Positions 35,510 to 45,982 are shown, counted from the first letter of the stretch. The stretch: DNA of 64,000 nt from a virus (IMGVR_UViG_3300036929_000011:11535-75534), one strand, 5' to 3'. Numbers and translations are program-made. The notes: generated from the sequence alone by a model not told the origin.

Positions 35510-37662
35510 TGCACCTGCCTACTCTGCTGGCGCCCGACCTTGTCCAGCACGGCCGCGGTCTCTACGTCCTGCGCCGTCTGCTTCTTAGCAGCTGGGCTCG
35601 TCTTCTTGAGCTTGGCGACGTCGTTCTTCTTCTGATCGTCTGTGGCGAAGGTCTTGGGGTCGTTGTCGGGCATGTAGTTGCTGAGCTCCATGTGCGCGCT
35701 GAAGCCCTCTTCTGCGGAGAAATGCAGGTGCACCGCCCGGCAGTAGTACACGTCTGGCAGCTTCGCCGCCCGGTAGGCAGCCTGAATCTTGCGTGCCGTC
35801 TCTTCAATCTTGGCCTGGTCGAGGCTTCCGTCCGTGCGCCAAGCCCCCCAGCGATCGTTCTGCTTGGTCAGCAGCCCGACGATGTTGTTCGCTTTCGTGT
35901 CGTAGAACTCCGAGAGCGTGCTGATGACGAGGTTTCCGTCCTGTTCGGACTTCTGGGCGACCGTGACGTGCACCGGGCTGCCGGCGCAGAGCTTGAGGAT
36001 GTCAGGATTGTCGTTGTGGTTCTCGACTAGGGTTCCGGCCTGCTGACTCGCCACCGGGTCGATGTAGCTGGCCAGTTCGTCGGTCTCAAGCTCAATGGTC
36101 AGTTCATGCCGGGTGAGTTGGTGGTAGATGCTGCACGCGGCCTGTTCGAGCATTCCCATGTCTCGGATGCCCTTGAGAACGAAGGTGCGGACGACATTGA
36201 TCATCCCGCCCCCCTTTTCGTGCATCTTGTTGGCCTTTTTGCCCTTGTGCTTGTAGAGCGGTCCGCTCGGGTAGCGCGCGGAAAGAACACGCAGGGTGGC
36301 GTCGGCGTCGGGATTGTAGCTTCGCACCTCGACGGCGCTGACCCGGACCTTGCCAAGCTTGCGCGCCAGCTTCATCTTCGCGAGGTTGTGGCCCCAGACC
36401 ATGAAGCGCACGTCGCTGTGAACCTTCTTCCCGGCGATCGTGAGGTCGCGGCTGAAGCCATCGCGGGCGCCGCCCTGGATCGAGATTGCGCTATCGATGT
36501 CGTCGAGGAAGGCCTGCGGCGGGCTGATGAGCAAGCAGTTGGCCGGGTTGACGGTCTGGACTTTACCATCCGTGCTGCCCGTCCCGGCGGGCAGCGACGG
36601 GCAATACATCGGGATGCATCCGCACAGCTCGCACGCCTGCGTGATGAGATCCCAGATGCTCATGCCGTCGGCGTCGACCGCCTTGGGTGGCATTGATGGC
36701 GATCCGCCAGTTGCGCTGTCGCCCTGGCCCTTGGCATCGGCGCCGTCACTCGGGTTGTCCGTCACCGGGTTCGGCTCCTGCCCAGGCACGGATCCATTCG
36801 AGGCGTTGCGGCTGGCCGCGGTCTGGAGGGATCGGTTCAAGGTCTTGCGGTCCAGAAACGGTTCTTTGCTCGGGTCGGCCGCGTACCAGTACGCCCGGAA
36901 CGGATCGCCTCCGGTATCGCCCGAGGTGGGCGGGTACAGGGCCAGGATCCGATTGACGTAGGTGGTGAGGGCTTCGCACGCGCCCTGGATCATGTACGCC
37001 TTGGCCTGGGCCGCGATCTTGCCGTCGATGAGCACGCTCTCGTAGCTGCGCGCCTTGATGTGGATCACGCCGCTAGATTCGTCGTGCTCCATCTCGGGCA
37101 GGTCGATGTAGCCATTGAACCGCAGGATGCTGGTCTTGCTGATGTCGGGCTTCAAATGCCACTTGTCTGGGCTGGCGAAGTCCTCTGCGGTCACGGTCCC
37201 GATCCAAGCTTCCACTCGGCATTCCCTCATGATACGCGGGTCGAGCGGCATGTCCTGGAACGGGAACGCGGCCGTCAGCTCGTTCGCCGTGCGGAAGCTT
37301 TTGTCCTCGATGTCCATCTCGGTCGGCACGGTCACGAACGACACCGAAAACTCGTCGCCCTTGCCCTGGGGACCGGCGGCGGAATCCTTGCCAGCGGTCG
37401 CCGCCTGCCGCTGGAGGCTCTTGGCCAGCGCTGACAGGCCGACCATCGCCGCCTGCGATCTGCTGGCGCCTGTGACTCGCCCAGCGGCCTCCTGTGCAAT
37501 CTGAGCCTCGACTACGGCCCGGTCTGCTGCCGCCTTCGCCTGGGCGTTCTTATAGGGTTTCTCTCCGTCCTGGGCACTTGAGTCGTCGGTCTGTCCGAAG
37601 TCCTCAAGGCGCACGAACAGACGCAAGAACCAGGCTGGTCGGTAGTACCGAGGCTCCGTCAC
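35506..37662 (-). CDS. baseplate hub protein (gp27/gpD-like)
   Basis: 718 aa between the LysM protein and the spike; IWDLITQACELCG, VEVRSYNP. Confidence 0.6.
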   Translation of the reverse strand: MTEPRYYRPAWFLRLFVRLEDFGQTDDSSAQDGEKPYKNAQAKAAADRAVVEAQIAQEAAGRVTGASRSQAAMVGLSALAKSLQRQAATAGKDSAAGPQGKGDEFSVSFVTVPTEMDIEDKSFRTANELTAAFPFQDMPLDPRIMRECRVEAWIGTVTAEDFASPDKWHLKPDISKTSILRFNGYIDLPEMEHDESSGVIHIKARSYESVLIDGKIAAQAKAYMIQGACEALTTYVNRILALYPPTSGDTGGDPFRAYWYAADPSKEPFLDRKTLNRSLQTAASRNASNGSVPGQEPNPVTDNPSDGADAKGQGDSATGGSPSMPPKAVDADGMSIWDLITQACELCGCIPMYCPSLPAGTGSTDGKVQTVNPANCLLISPPQAFLDDIDSAISIQGGARDGFSRDLTIAGKKVHSDVRFMVWGHNLAKMKLARKLGKVRVSAVEVRSYNPDADATLRVLSARYPSGPLYKHKGKKANKMHEKGGGMINVVRTFVLKGIRDMGMLEQAACSIYHQLTRHELTIELETDELASYIDPVASQQAGTLVENHNDNPDILKLCAGSPVHVTVAQKSEQDGNLVISTLSEFYDTKANNIVGLLTKQNDRWGAWRTDGSLDQAKIEETARKIQAAYRAAKLPDVYYCRAVHLHFSAEEGFSAHMELSNYMPDNDPKTFATDDQKKNDVAKLKKTSPAAKKQTAQDVETAAVLDKVGRQQSRQVQ

Positions 37663-37925
37663 CGTCGCCTCCGCCGCTTCTCAATGGCTGCAATTCTACC
37701 GGGTACTCCTCCGAGGCGCGGTAGCCTAGCGACACGCTTGGGACGAAAGAAGAGTTGACGAAGTATGCGCCATGCATCCCGTGTTCTTGGTGGCCCGGCA
37801 TTGCATATTCTTCTAACTGTTATGCAAGGATGAACGATCTCGAAGTCAATGGCCTTTTGGCCCCACCAAAGTTCGTAAAAGAACCGTCGAGCGTCATGTC
37901 GCATTACTCGAATCGAGTACCGCAT
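37659..37925 (-). CDS. possible small basic inserted gene, lower GC
   Basis: 88-aa Arg-rich ORF filling a lower-GC gap; stop overlaps the hub GTG. Confidence 0.35.
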   Translation of the reverse strand: MRYSIRVMRHDARRFFYELWWGQKAIDFEIVHPCITVRRICNAGPPRTRDAWRILRQLFFRPKRVARLPRLGGVPGRIAAIEKRRRRR

Positions 37926-37939
37926 GATAGTAGGAAAAC

Positions 37940-39202
37940 TCAAGAGTTGGCCCCCGTGGTCGGGCTGTTTCCCCACGCCTCCTGGAGCACCGTTTGGTAG
38001 CTGGCCTGGGCGGGCACGTATATCGGCGGCGCTCCGAGGTCACTCGGCCCGGATGACGTGGCCGGGACCTCGCTGGAGTCCAAATCGTTGAAATCTGCGA
38101 TCAAGATCCAAGGGTCGGGGTTCCCATAGTATTTGGCAGCCACGTCCCGCAGGTCGCTTCCGGCGGGCGGACGCACGATGGCGATGATGTCCGGGACCTG
38201 CTTGGCGGCGATCGAAGCATCGGTCTGCGCCGCCTGCGCGGCCATCTGGTCCCACTGGTGGACCAGGTCGAACTGCGTGGTTTGTCCGTCCAGGCGCGAG
38301 AGCGGGTCGTCGGTGGGATACCTGGCGAGCTGCGCGCGCTCCGCCTGAATCCGGAAGTCCTTGGCCGCTGACTCGTCGACTGGCCCGCCCTGCTGAGTGG
38401 ACAGCACTCCGGCGAACAGTCCGCACGCGGACCCCAGAGCTGCCCGTCCGTTGGCGCAGGCCATGACTACGAGATTGCACATGCCTCGTACCCGGTCGGC
38501 GATGGCGCTTGGAAGCTCGGCCGCTGTCTGCAGCATGTCCGAGGCACCGTTGACCACGTTGGTGGCGTCGAAAATCGCATTCTGGACTTCGTCGAGCGCA
38601 TCGGAAACGGCGAGCATTTCGTTCGTGCCCGTCGCGATTCCCGACCACGCGATGTCGATCCAGCTCTGCGTCGCCTCCTGCGTCTCCTCCAGCACTTCCG
38701 ACAGTTCGGTGAAGCTGTCCTGTTTGACGATGCTCGCCGAGAAGGTCGGCGGCTTGGTCTGCAGCGCATCCCCTCGCCACTCGAAGGTGATGCTCCACTC
38801 GATGTCCTGGGCGCGGTTGTACTTGGGCTCGTACTTGGAGATCCGACCCCGCTGAACGATGGCCGGGTCTTCGCCGTTGGTCAGTGCGCGCCCGCCCCAG
38901 CGCACTTCCACCGGCACGCCCTTGTCGCACAGAATCCCGATCTGAAGGTCCAAGGCGCGGGCCCCACCCTCGCCGAGGTCGAAGTCCATCCACCGGCCTG
39001 TCATCGTGGTCGGCGGTCGGGTCGGACCGGTCACCGTCTGGGTCGCAACAGGATTGCCGGTGTAGTACGTCGTCTTGCCCCGCTGCTCGCGCGCGAAGGT
39101 CGTGCCCTTATAGGGTAGCGCGCCGCCGGTCAGCTTGATCGGGGCGTAGTTGCCCTCCAAGGGAATGATCTCGACGAGCCCTTGTTCCGACGCGTCAGCC
39201 AT
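37940..39202 (-). CDS. tail tube initiator / LysM (gpX-like) protein
   Basis: C-terminal GSDLRDVAAKYYGNPDPWILIADFNDL...IYVP; follows the tape measure gene. Confidence 0.7.
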   Translation of the reverse strand: MADASEQGLVEIIPLEGNYAPIKLTGGALPYKGTTFAREQRGKTTYYTGNPVATQTVTGPTRPPTTMTGRWMDFDLGEGGARALDLQIGILCDKGVPVEVRWGGRALTNGEDPAIVQRGRISKYEPKYNRAQDIEWSITFEWRGDALQTKPPTFSASIVKQDSFTELSEVLEETQEATQSWIDIAWSGIATGTNEMLAVSDALDEVQNAIFDATNVVNGASDMLQTAAELPSAIADRVRGMCNLVVMACANGRAALGSACGLFAGVLSTQQGGPVDESAAKDFRIQAERAQLARYPTDDPLSRLDGQTTQFDLVHQWDQMAAQAAQTDASIAAKQVPDIIAIVRPPAGSDLRDVAAKYYGNPDPWILIADFNDLDSSEVPATSSGPSDLGAPPIYVPAQASYQTVLQEAWGNSPTTGANS

Positions 39203-40911
39203 CAGGCACCCAATGCATTTGTTGTGGCGCCGCGGGGGGCGTTGACCATGTGGTCGATCTCATTCACGGCCTTGTGGAAGACGCGGTCCGGGTCGGCCTC
39301 CTTGAATTCCTGGGTTAGCGAGACGTGGTTGATGTACGTGTTGTGCTCGTTCTTCGGGATATGTGGCGAGGGTCCTTTGCCCAACTCTGGGTTCGCGGCA
39401 AGCAGCTGGGCGGCGAAGTTGTTGAGCAGGGTCGACACCCGCCCCGCGGCCTCGTCAAGCACGCCGGGGGCCTGCACGCTCTTGGCCGACATGCCGGCGA
39501 TGCCGTACATTCCGAGCTGCTTGGCGGCAATCCCGGGCTCCATCGCCTTGAGTTCGGCCGCCAGTGTTTCACGGGAAAGCATCTGGCCAGGCTTGAGCCC
39601 GTAGGCCGCGAACGCGGTCTGGAGATGGCCCATCGTCTTCGAAACAGAGTCCTCGTGGAGCGCCGATGACATGGCCTTTGCGCCGGCCGTGAGGGCCGTC
39701 ATGGCGCGCGGAGCTGCCGCCTGCTTGGTCAGTCCTTCCGACTGCGTTTTGTCGATATACGCGGCCAGGCCTTGAAGACCAACGTATAGCACTCCCAGAG
39801 CGCCGCTCGCGATTCCGAGCTGACCCGCAAAATGAGAAAGACCTCCGGTAGCAGCACCGGCCGCCGGGCCCAGTGCCCCGAGCATCGAGGTCAATCCGCC
39901 AGCGGCCCCACCAGGGGACATGGTCCAGCTCGCCAGCTTGAATGAGCCCCAGATGGCGGCGATCTCTTTCCAGTGATCGAGCAGGAATGATGTCACGTCC
40001 TTCATCGTTCGGAACGCGCTGACCAGCTTCTCGCCGTACTCGGCCGCGATGCTCTTGCCGTTCTCACGCACGCTGGTGATGTTCTTCGCCCACTCCCGCA
40101 GGCTCTTGCTCTGCTCCTGGAACAAAGGCCCAGTTAGGTCGCGCACGATGTTATCGACGGCGATCTTGATGTCCGCCATCGCCCCAGCCATGCCACCGCC
40201 CATCCCAACCGCCGCCGGTACGAGATCGCCCATCGCCTTTTGAATCTTGGCGAAGCGCTGGGTCTCCGACATCTTGTGGAACTCTTTCATGTTCCCGACG
40301 GAGAAGCGCAGCTGCTTGTTGAAGTCGTCGAAGCCGCGAATGTTGCCGGTCATCACGGCCCGGCTGATCGATGTCGCCGCCATCTCTGCGCTGGTGCCCA
40401 GCACCGTCTCGCTGGCGGCGAGCTTCTCGGTCAGATCAAGCATCTGCTCTTGTGTCAGGTTGTGCCGGGTGCCGATCGCGTAGGCCGACTTGTAGACGTT
40501 GGCCAGCTCGCCGCGGGTCTTGTGGAGCTTTCCCTCAGACGCCTCCAGCTTGTCGACGATCTCCTTGCCCTCGGCCAGGGAGTACGTCCACCGCTCGGCC
40601 GCCGAGACGTCGCTACGCCAGCCGCCGAAGGCGAAGTGGACACCGGCGATCTTTTTCGCCGCCCCTTCGAGCTCAAGGTTGGCTTCCTTGGCCTTACCGG
40701 CGATCTCGTGAAACCCGAACCCGAGCCCTACGGCACCGAGTGCCCCCATGGCCGTGCTGTGCGCGAACTCCTTGACCTTCGACGTGGCCTTCTCGGTCGC
40801 GTGGTGCACGCGCTCGAAGGCGCTGGCCATCTTCTCAGCGACAGGGCTGGCCTTGTCGGTTGCTGTAAAGGCAATTCCTTCAACCGCTGTCGTTCGCTCA
40901 GCTTCGCTCAT
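39202..40911 (-). CDS. tail tape measure protein (short)
   Basis: Ala/Gly-rich helical protein, FTATDKASP N-terminus, downstream of the chaperone. Confidence 0.75.
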   Translation of the reverse strand: MSEAERTTAVEGIAFTATDKASPVAEKMASAFERVHHATEKATSKVKEFAHSTAMGALGAVGLGFGFHEIAGKAKEANLELEGAAKKIAGVHFAFGGWRSDVSAAERWTYSLAEGKEIVDKLEASEGKLHKTRGELANVYKSAYAIGTRHNLTQEQMLDLTEKLAASETVLGTSAEMAATSISRAVMTGNIRGFDDFNKQLRFSVGNMKEFHKMSETQRFAKIQKAMGDLVPAAVGMGGGMAGAMADIKIAVDNIVRDLTGPLFQEQSKSLREWAKNITSVRENGKSIAAEYGEKLVSAFRTMKDVTSFLLDHWKEIAAIWGSFKLASWTMSPGGAAGGLTSMLGALGPAAGAATGGLSHFAGQLGIASGALGVLYVGLQGLAAYIDKTQSEGLTKQAAAPRAMTALTAGAKAMSSALHEDSVSKTMGHLQTAFAAYGLKPGQMLSRETLAAELKAMEPGIAAKQLGMYGIAGMSAKSVQAPGVLDEAAGRVSTLLNNFAAQLLAANPELGKGPSPHIPKNEHNTYINHVSLTQEFKEADPDRVFHKAVNEIDHMVNAPRGATTNALGA

Positions 40912-40914
40912 GGT

Positions 40915-41522
40915 TCACGTCGGGGGTTGGCTTGGGGTGTTTTCCTTCTCGACTATCCGCGAAATGGCCTCGCGAAAGGCCCCCAGCTCTTCTCTCGTGA
41001 GGCGAAGTATTTCAGAAAGTGGTTGGTGTCCGTACCTGGCGATATAGGCGATGTCGTCCCATTGGGCACGTTCGAGACGGGCTAGGACGTCGTCTCGACC
41101 GTTTCGCTGGCTAAAAAATCCGCAGCTTGGGACCTCCTGGGAATGGAGATGCTCTGGAAGCCCTGCACGACCAGGTCTCGCACCTGCGCCGAGAGACCGC
41201 GGAAGAACTGCTCCTTCTGGTCGTTTTCCCAGGTGATGGGCTTGCCGTCGGCGGCTACGACCGCACGCATGGCGCCCTCATAGCTGAAGTCCACGTTCTT
41301 CAGACGGCTGGCCGCAAGCGCCGCCTGCTCTTCCTCGAAGGTGAGCTGACGCAACGTCACCGAGGTCGGATCTGTCTCCAACTCACGCACGCCCTTGTCA
41401 ATCAGGGTCTTCTTGCCATCCTTGTCGGTCGCGTATTTGGGTCCAGGAATTTGGAACGTGTGACGGGGCAAGCGCGCCGTGAGGGCGCTCGCCATCGATT
41501 GCAGGTTCGGTGTCTCGGCCAT
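40915..41522 (-). CDS. tail assembly chaperone GT-like product (about 202 aa) via -1 frameshift
   Basis: Slippery T TTT TTA at 41118-41112; the -1 frame is open to TGA 40915 (..RDDVLARLERAQWDDIAYIARYGHQPLSEI..) and has no ATG of its own. Confidence 0.75.
41082..41522 (-). CDS. tail assembly chaperone (G-like)
   Basis: VTLRQLTFEEE; located between tube and tape measure. Confidence 0.75.
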   Translation of the reverse strand: MAETPNLQSMASALTARLPRHTFQIPGPKYATDKDGKKTLIDKGVRELETDPTSVTLRQLTFEEEQAALAASRLKNVDFSYEGAMRAVVAADGKPITWENDQKEQFFRGLSAQVRDLVVQGFQSISIPRRSQAADFLASETVETTS

Positions 41523-41531
41523 GTGGTCCTC

Positions 41532-41972
41532 CTAGAACAAGGGAATGTAGCGGTCGGACTTCGCCGCGAACGTCATGCCGACGAAGGCCTCGCGGCTGCT
41601 GATGTCCACGTTTCCGATGTCACTGAACTTCAGATCGGGAATGCTGATCTTGAAGATCGCCCCCGATGGGAAGGCCAGCCGGAACGCCAGGTTGAGCTGG
41701 ATCGTCGACTGCCCGGTGCGGGCGCGATTGTAGAGCGCGAGCTGCATCTGGAAGATCTGCGTCCCCTCGGGCTCGACCGTGAAACCCGTGTCGATCTCGT
41801 CGAAGATCTCCCGGTGTCGTTTGGCGGCCTCGCCTAGGAACCCCTCCGATAGCAACGTCACGACCGGCTTGAAGCTCGCGACCTTGATGGCCGTCGTCTC
41901 GTTCAGCAAGACGCCGTTCTGGGTCATCCGCAGCGTCGTGTCTCGGCCAAGAATCCGGAAATCATTTGCCAT
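41532..41972 (-). CDS. tail tube protein
   Basis: 146 aa immediately after the sheath; beta-rich. Confidence 0.75.
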   Translation of the reverse strand: MANDFRILGRDTTLRMTQNGVLLNETTAIKVASFKPVVTLLSEGFLGEAAKRHREIFDEIDTGFTVEPEGTQIFQMQLALYNRARTGQSTIQLNLAFRLAFPSGAIFKISIPDLKFSDIGNVDISSREAFVGMTFAAKSDRYIPLF

Positions 41973-41984
41973 GGTGAAGCTCCT

Positions 41985-43805
41985 TTACGCGGCCTGGGAG
42001 ATGATGACGTTCGGGCCGATCATGCTGTTGATGACGATGGTCTTCTGCGATCCGTACATCTGGACTTCGAGCTGGTAGAGGAACACACCTTTCCCGTTGA
42101 GGGTCGGGGTGTTGCCGGCGTCGGCGCCGTCCTTCACCAGGTAGGCCAGCGCCCGCGATTCCCCGATGCCGGGATTGACGAGGTTCTCCAGGTAGATCCG
42201 CATATCGCCCGCGAAGGCGTCCTGACGCTCCTGGGTGCCAGGCAGCTTCGAGTACTTCGTCGCGAGCGCGAAAACGACGTCCTGGATCTCGTCGGCGAAG
42301 CTACGACGGTTGTCGTCGACGCGGCTCTGGTTCGTGAGCGGGTTCGCCCCGGTCACGCCCGAGTAGAACCACCACCCCGCCGATCGATCTTTGGTGAACC
42401 ACGCCACTCCGGCGGCCTTCATCGCTACATAGTCCGCCTCCTGTAGCGGATTCGCAGCGAAGCACGGCTCCTGGGCGTCGACGGCTTGAATATCGGCGTT
42501 GAACGGGTTGCCGACCGAGGACAGGTACTGGCTGCGGCCATCGTTGGCCAAGTTGACGACCATGGCCGCACGAGAACCGCACGAGCTGATCAGGATGTCG
42601 GCGTTCAGCTCGGTCGAGAAGACCTGAATGAACGGGCCATCTGCCCAGTAGCGGTCGTCATCGTCACCAGTCACGCCGTCGGCCGAAATAAGCCCGGTAT
42701 AGACGCCCTTCGCCGTCACGGCCTGGGCTGCGCTGATCCCGAGGGCGGGCGCGGTCGTAACCATGGCCTTGCGACCACGGCCGACCTTGCTGGACTCGAT
42801 CGCGTTGTTCCAGAGCTTCGCTCGCAGCATCTTGCCGCCGGTGCTGGGCGCCAGGCCGTTGGTCTGGTAGTTACGAGCCGACCAGATGGCCACGATGTCG
42901 TTCGTCGCGTCCACGCCCGGCAGGGTCTTGTCGATCGTCGCCAAGTACTGCATGAGCAGGCGGTTGGACAGCGTATCGGGACTCGGGGCCGCGCCGCCGC
43001 CAGCAGGCGCGAAGATCGCTGTGGCCGACGCAGCCGCGTTGATGGTCGAAGGCGTACCCGAGATGACGGTTCCGGCGTTCACACCCGGGAGGGCGGTGTC
43101 GATCAGGGTATTGAGACCCGCGATGGCAAGCGTCGTGCCCTTGACGAAGAAAGCCGTAGCTCCGGTGGTCGCGCCCGAAGTGACGTAGGTCAACTGCCCG
43201 GTGGTCGCGTCCTGGACGAAGCTGATCGCCAAAGTGAACGAGCCCGCGCAGGTCGTGCCCTGGGGGATCCGGATGGTCTGCGAAAGCGCCACGACGACCG
43301 TCGCAAGGCCGATCGTGTTGTCGGCGAAGCGCGTGCCGGCCGGGATGATGATGTCCTTGTTCGTCACGCCGCTGGTGATGTCGGCTGCGTTCACCGTGAC
43401 GGCAAAGGATACGAACGCCTTGGCGACGCTGCTGTTGTCCACCACCATATCGCAGTCGACGCGCTGAATAACCAGGCCCGAGAAGGTCTTGCCCTTCAGC
43501 TCGGCCCATCCATTGCCGTCGTAGGTGACGCCAGAACCGTCTTGCGCCGCAGTCGACGGGTCGACGCCACCCTGACTGATGAGTGGCATCTTGGTCGCAT
43601 CGGGCATGAAGAGCGCGCTGGCATCGCCGGGGGTGTTGATGATGGTCGGAGCGAACGGCCCGGCCGGGAACTCTCCCACGAGACAGGCCCGCACGGTTCC
43701 CTGGCCAACCGGCTGATTCGGCCCCGAGTTGTCGACAACGACGATGCGTTCGAGCTCCAGCAGCTTCTGCAGACTCGGCATCAGGCTTGTGCGCAATAGA
43801 AACAT
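41985..43805 (-). CDS. contractile tail sheath protein
   Basis: LVGEFPAGPF; C-terminal RRSFADEIQD...YLENL...QLEVQMY; 606 aa. Confidence 0.8.
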   Translation of the reverse strand: MFLLRTSLMPSLQKLLELERIVVVDNSGPNQPVGQGTVRACLVGEFPAGPFAPTIINTPGDASALFMPDATKMPLISQGGVDPSTAAQDGSGVTYDGNGWAELKGKTFSGLVIQRVDCDMVVDNSSVAKAFVSFAVTVNAADITSGVTNKDIIIPAGTRFADNTIGLATVVVALSQTIRIPQGTTCAGSFTLAISFVQDATTGQLTYVTSGATTGATAFFVKGTTLAIAGLNTLIDTALPGVNAGTVISGTPSTINAAASATAIFAPAGGGAAPSPDTLSNRLLMQYLATIDKTLPGVDATNDIVAIWSARNYQTNGLAPSTGGKMLRAKLWNNAIESSKVGRGRKAMVTTAPALGISAAQAVTAKGVYTGLISADGVTGDDDDRYWADGPFIQVFSTELNADILISSCGSRAAMVVNLANDGRSQYLSSVGNPFNADIQAVDAQEPCFAANPLQEADYVAMKAAGVAWFTKDRSAGWWFYSGVTGANPLTNQSRVDDNRRSFADEIQDVVFALATKYSKLPGTQERQDAFAGDMRIYLENLVNPGIGESRALAYLVKDGADAGNTPTLNGKGVFLYQLEVQMYGSQKTIVINSMIGPNVIISQAA

Positions 43806-43814
43806 GGCTGTCTC

Positions 43815-44504
43815 CTATGGGGCGGTGAACGTGGACGTCGCGAACGGATTGCCGGCCGAATCGACCAGCTGTTTCGTCACTTGCAGGGCCATTGGCCACA
43901 CGGGCACGACCTGCACCTTGGGGGCGCTGGCCGAAATCGTGAACGCCGCATCCCGTTTTTCTCTCATGGCCGCGTCCTCATTATCTATCACGGCGCCTGC
44001 CAGCAGGGCAAACCTCCCGGTGATGCCGTAGTACTCGGGCAACGGAACCACGAGGCCGTACCTGGGTCCCGTCTGGTCCATCAGGTTGTCCACCGGCTGG
44101 AACAAGTCCTCGATCGCCTGCATGAGCTGCGAGCGCTCGCCAGACAGATTCGTGCGGATCACGAGCTGGAACTCAGTCTGAAGCTCGGCGGTCTTCTGCA
44201 GGCCCCAGCCCGGCATTCCCTTGGGCTCCCAGGTCTCCTCAAGAAGACGCGGGGTCATCTGGGAATCGGCATACTTGAACTCGCCCGGTAGGACACAGGC
44301 CGCCGGGAAGACGCCGGTTTCGAGAAAATCCGGCCACTCGTCGTAGACGGCCGCAAAGTTCTGCGCCTGGCTGCCTGGAAACGTGAGTCCCTGAACGAGC
44401 CGCCCCAGCGCCACGGCAAGCGCGTTTCTGACGCCGATGCTCGCCTTGCGGCTGAACTGCGCCAGCGGCATCTGGGCGGGCAGGGAATTGAAGTTGATGG
44501 TCAC
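43815..44504 (-). CDS. tail terminator / completion protein
   Basis: Immediately upstream of the sheath; acidic, typical size. Confidence 0.55.
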   Translation of the reverse strand: MTINFNSLPAQMPLAQFSRKASIGVRNALAVALGRLVQGLTFPGSQAQNFAAVYDEWPDFLETGVFPAACVLPGEFKYADSQMTPRLLEETWEPKGMPGWGLQKTAELQTEFQLVIRTNLSGERSQLMQAIEDLFQPVDNLMDQTGPRYGLVVPLPEYYGITGRFALLAGAVIDNEDAAMREKRDAAFTISASAPKVQVVPVWPMALQVTKQLVDSAGNPFATSTFTAP

Positions 44505-45091
44505 AATGCCACCCCCCGCACCAGCAGGCCCTCGACATCGTCAATCACCCTCCGGGTCAGCTCCGCCTTCATTCCGCCGATGACGTTCTTGGCGGGGAGT
44601 CCGCGGCGCTTGATGGCGCGTGCGATAAGGAAGGCAATGGCGCGCGCGCGATTGTCCTGCTGCCAGCGCGATCGAAAACGGAAGGCGCTCTTCTCGGTCC
44701 CATCAGCGCGCATCTTCCTCCGCGCGCGCCGCTCGTGTTTCGACATCGGAGCCCGGTCCATGCCGTGCAAGTGCACCCAACGGGCCAGCGCCTCCTGTCC
44801 TGCCCTGGAAACTCCAACGCCAGCCCGCCGGCCACGATCGATGATCGATGCCTGGATGGTCGGGTTGTAGAACAGCGCCCCGTCGGTGATGTCCTTTACC
44901 TTGCCGCTGCGCTTGTAGTCGCCGGTGTTGACCGGCTGGTACGGCTTGACGCCCGCAATAGCGGTCTGGAAGAGTACGGGCGCGTGCATGCGCACCGAAA
45001 TTCGGATCTGCTGAACGATGCCCGTTTGGTAGCGCTGCACAATCTGCTTGGGCCACCTGACGAGGTCGGAAATCTGGACCGAAGAGGCCAT
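44501..45091 (-). CDS. neck / virion morphogenesis protein (HK97 gp10-like)
   Basis: PVNTGDYKRS...IIDRGRRAG...IARAIKRRGLPAK. Confidence 0.6.
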   Translation of the reverse strand: MASSVQISDLVRWPKQIVQRYQTGIVQQIRISVRMHAPVLFQTAIAGVKPYQPVNTGDYKRSGKVKDITDGALFYNPTIQASIIDRGRRAGVGVSRAGQEALARWVHLHGMDRAPMSKHERRARRKMRADGTEKSAFRFRSRWQQDNRARAIAFLIARAIKRRGLPAKNVIGGMKAELTRRVIDDVEGLLVRGVAL

Positions 45092-45702
45092 CAGGCCTGC
45101 CTCCGGTCGAAGGTCTGGTTGCGGCTGCGATCCACCATCTGCTTATTGAGAGGCACCCGCCAGTGGCTCCCGCCGCGCATGAGCGTAGGGGCCGCCGCAT
45201 GGACGTAGCGTCGGGGCGTCGTCCTGGGGAATCCGGGGCGGTTCTCCTGCACTTCCCAGAAGTACTCGCCGTTCCGCTTGCCCGTTCGGGTAATCGCCGG
45301 GTCGATCAGGTCTGGCGTCTTCCCGGTCAGATCGTCCTCGCTGTACTTCGCGCTGATGCGGTCGACGACGATCCCGCCTTCCTCGACCCGACCGAAGGCG
45401 CTCAACACCTCGGTGGTCGCGCTCATGTCCCGAATTCGCGGGGTGGGCAGGATCTCCCGCCGACTGATCTCCAGCGGGTTGCCCTCCCCGACCTTGTTGC
45501 CCGACCAGAGCACATGGACGATGAACACCCGGTATGGCCGCAGCCCCATCGCAGTTGCGATCTGCCGGATGTTGTCGATGGTCGGCGACAGCTCGCTCAT
45601 AAAGCTTGCACGCACCTCATCGGGCCGCAACGGCCGCACCGACCCCGCGAGCTCGGGAAGCTCGGCCGCGGGGTCGTTCTGTTGTGTGCGGTCGCCGGCC
45701 AT
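45091..45702 (-). CDS. head closure / head-tail joining protein
   Basis: Synteny within the neck cluster. Confidence 0.5.
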   Translation of the reverse strand: MAGDRTQQNDPAAELPELAGSVRPLRPDEVRASFMSELSPTIDNIRQIATAMGLRPYRVFIVHVLWSGNKVGEGNPLEISRREILPTPRIRDMSATTEVLSAFGRVEEGGIVVDRISAKYSEDDLTGKTPDLIDPAITRTGKRNGEYFWEVQENRPGFPRTTPRRYVHAAAPTLMRGGSHWRVPLNKQMVDRSRNQTFDRRQA

Positions 45703-45716
45703 TTGAGGCCTCGCGA

Positions 45717-45944
45717 TCAGGTCAGGACGCCGAGGGCGTCAACCCAGTCCGTGCCCGTGCTGAAATTCCAGGCCAGGTCGTCGGTATTCCAAATACCGGT
45801 TCCTGGGAGAAACGTCGAGGCATCCGGGCGGGTGGCGTCGGTGCAGACCTGGCGCGACTGGACCGCGGGCATGCCAACGGTCTCGGTCTGGCGGAAGGCT
45901 CCGTTGCCCAGGTCTTCGGTCAAGATGTTCTTCGATTCGGCCAT
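45717..45944 (-). CDS. hypothetical protein
   Basis: AGGAG RBS; 75 aa. Confidence 0.55.
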   Translation of the reverse strand: MAESKNILTEDLGNGAFRQTETVGMPAVQSRQVCTDATRPDASTFLPGTGIWNTDDLAWNFSTGTDWVDALGVLT

Positions 45945-45982
45945 GATGACTTCTCCTTGTCGGGGCGAAAAAGGAACCCGCG

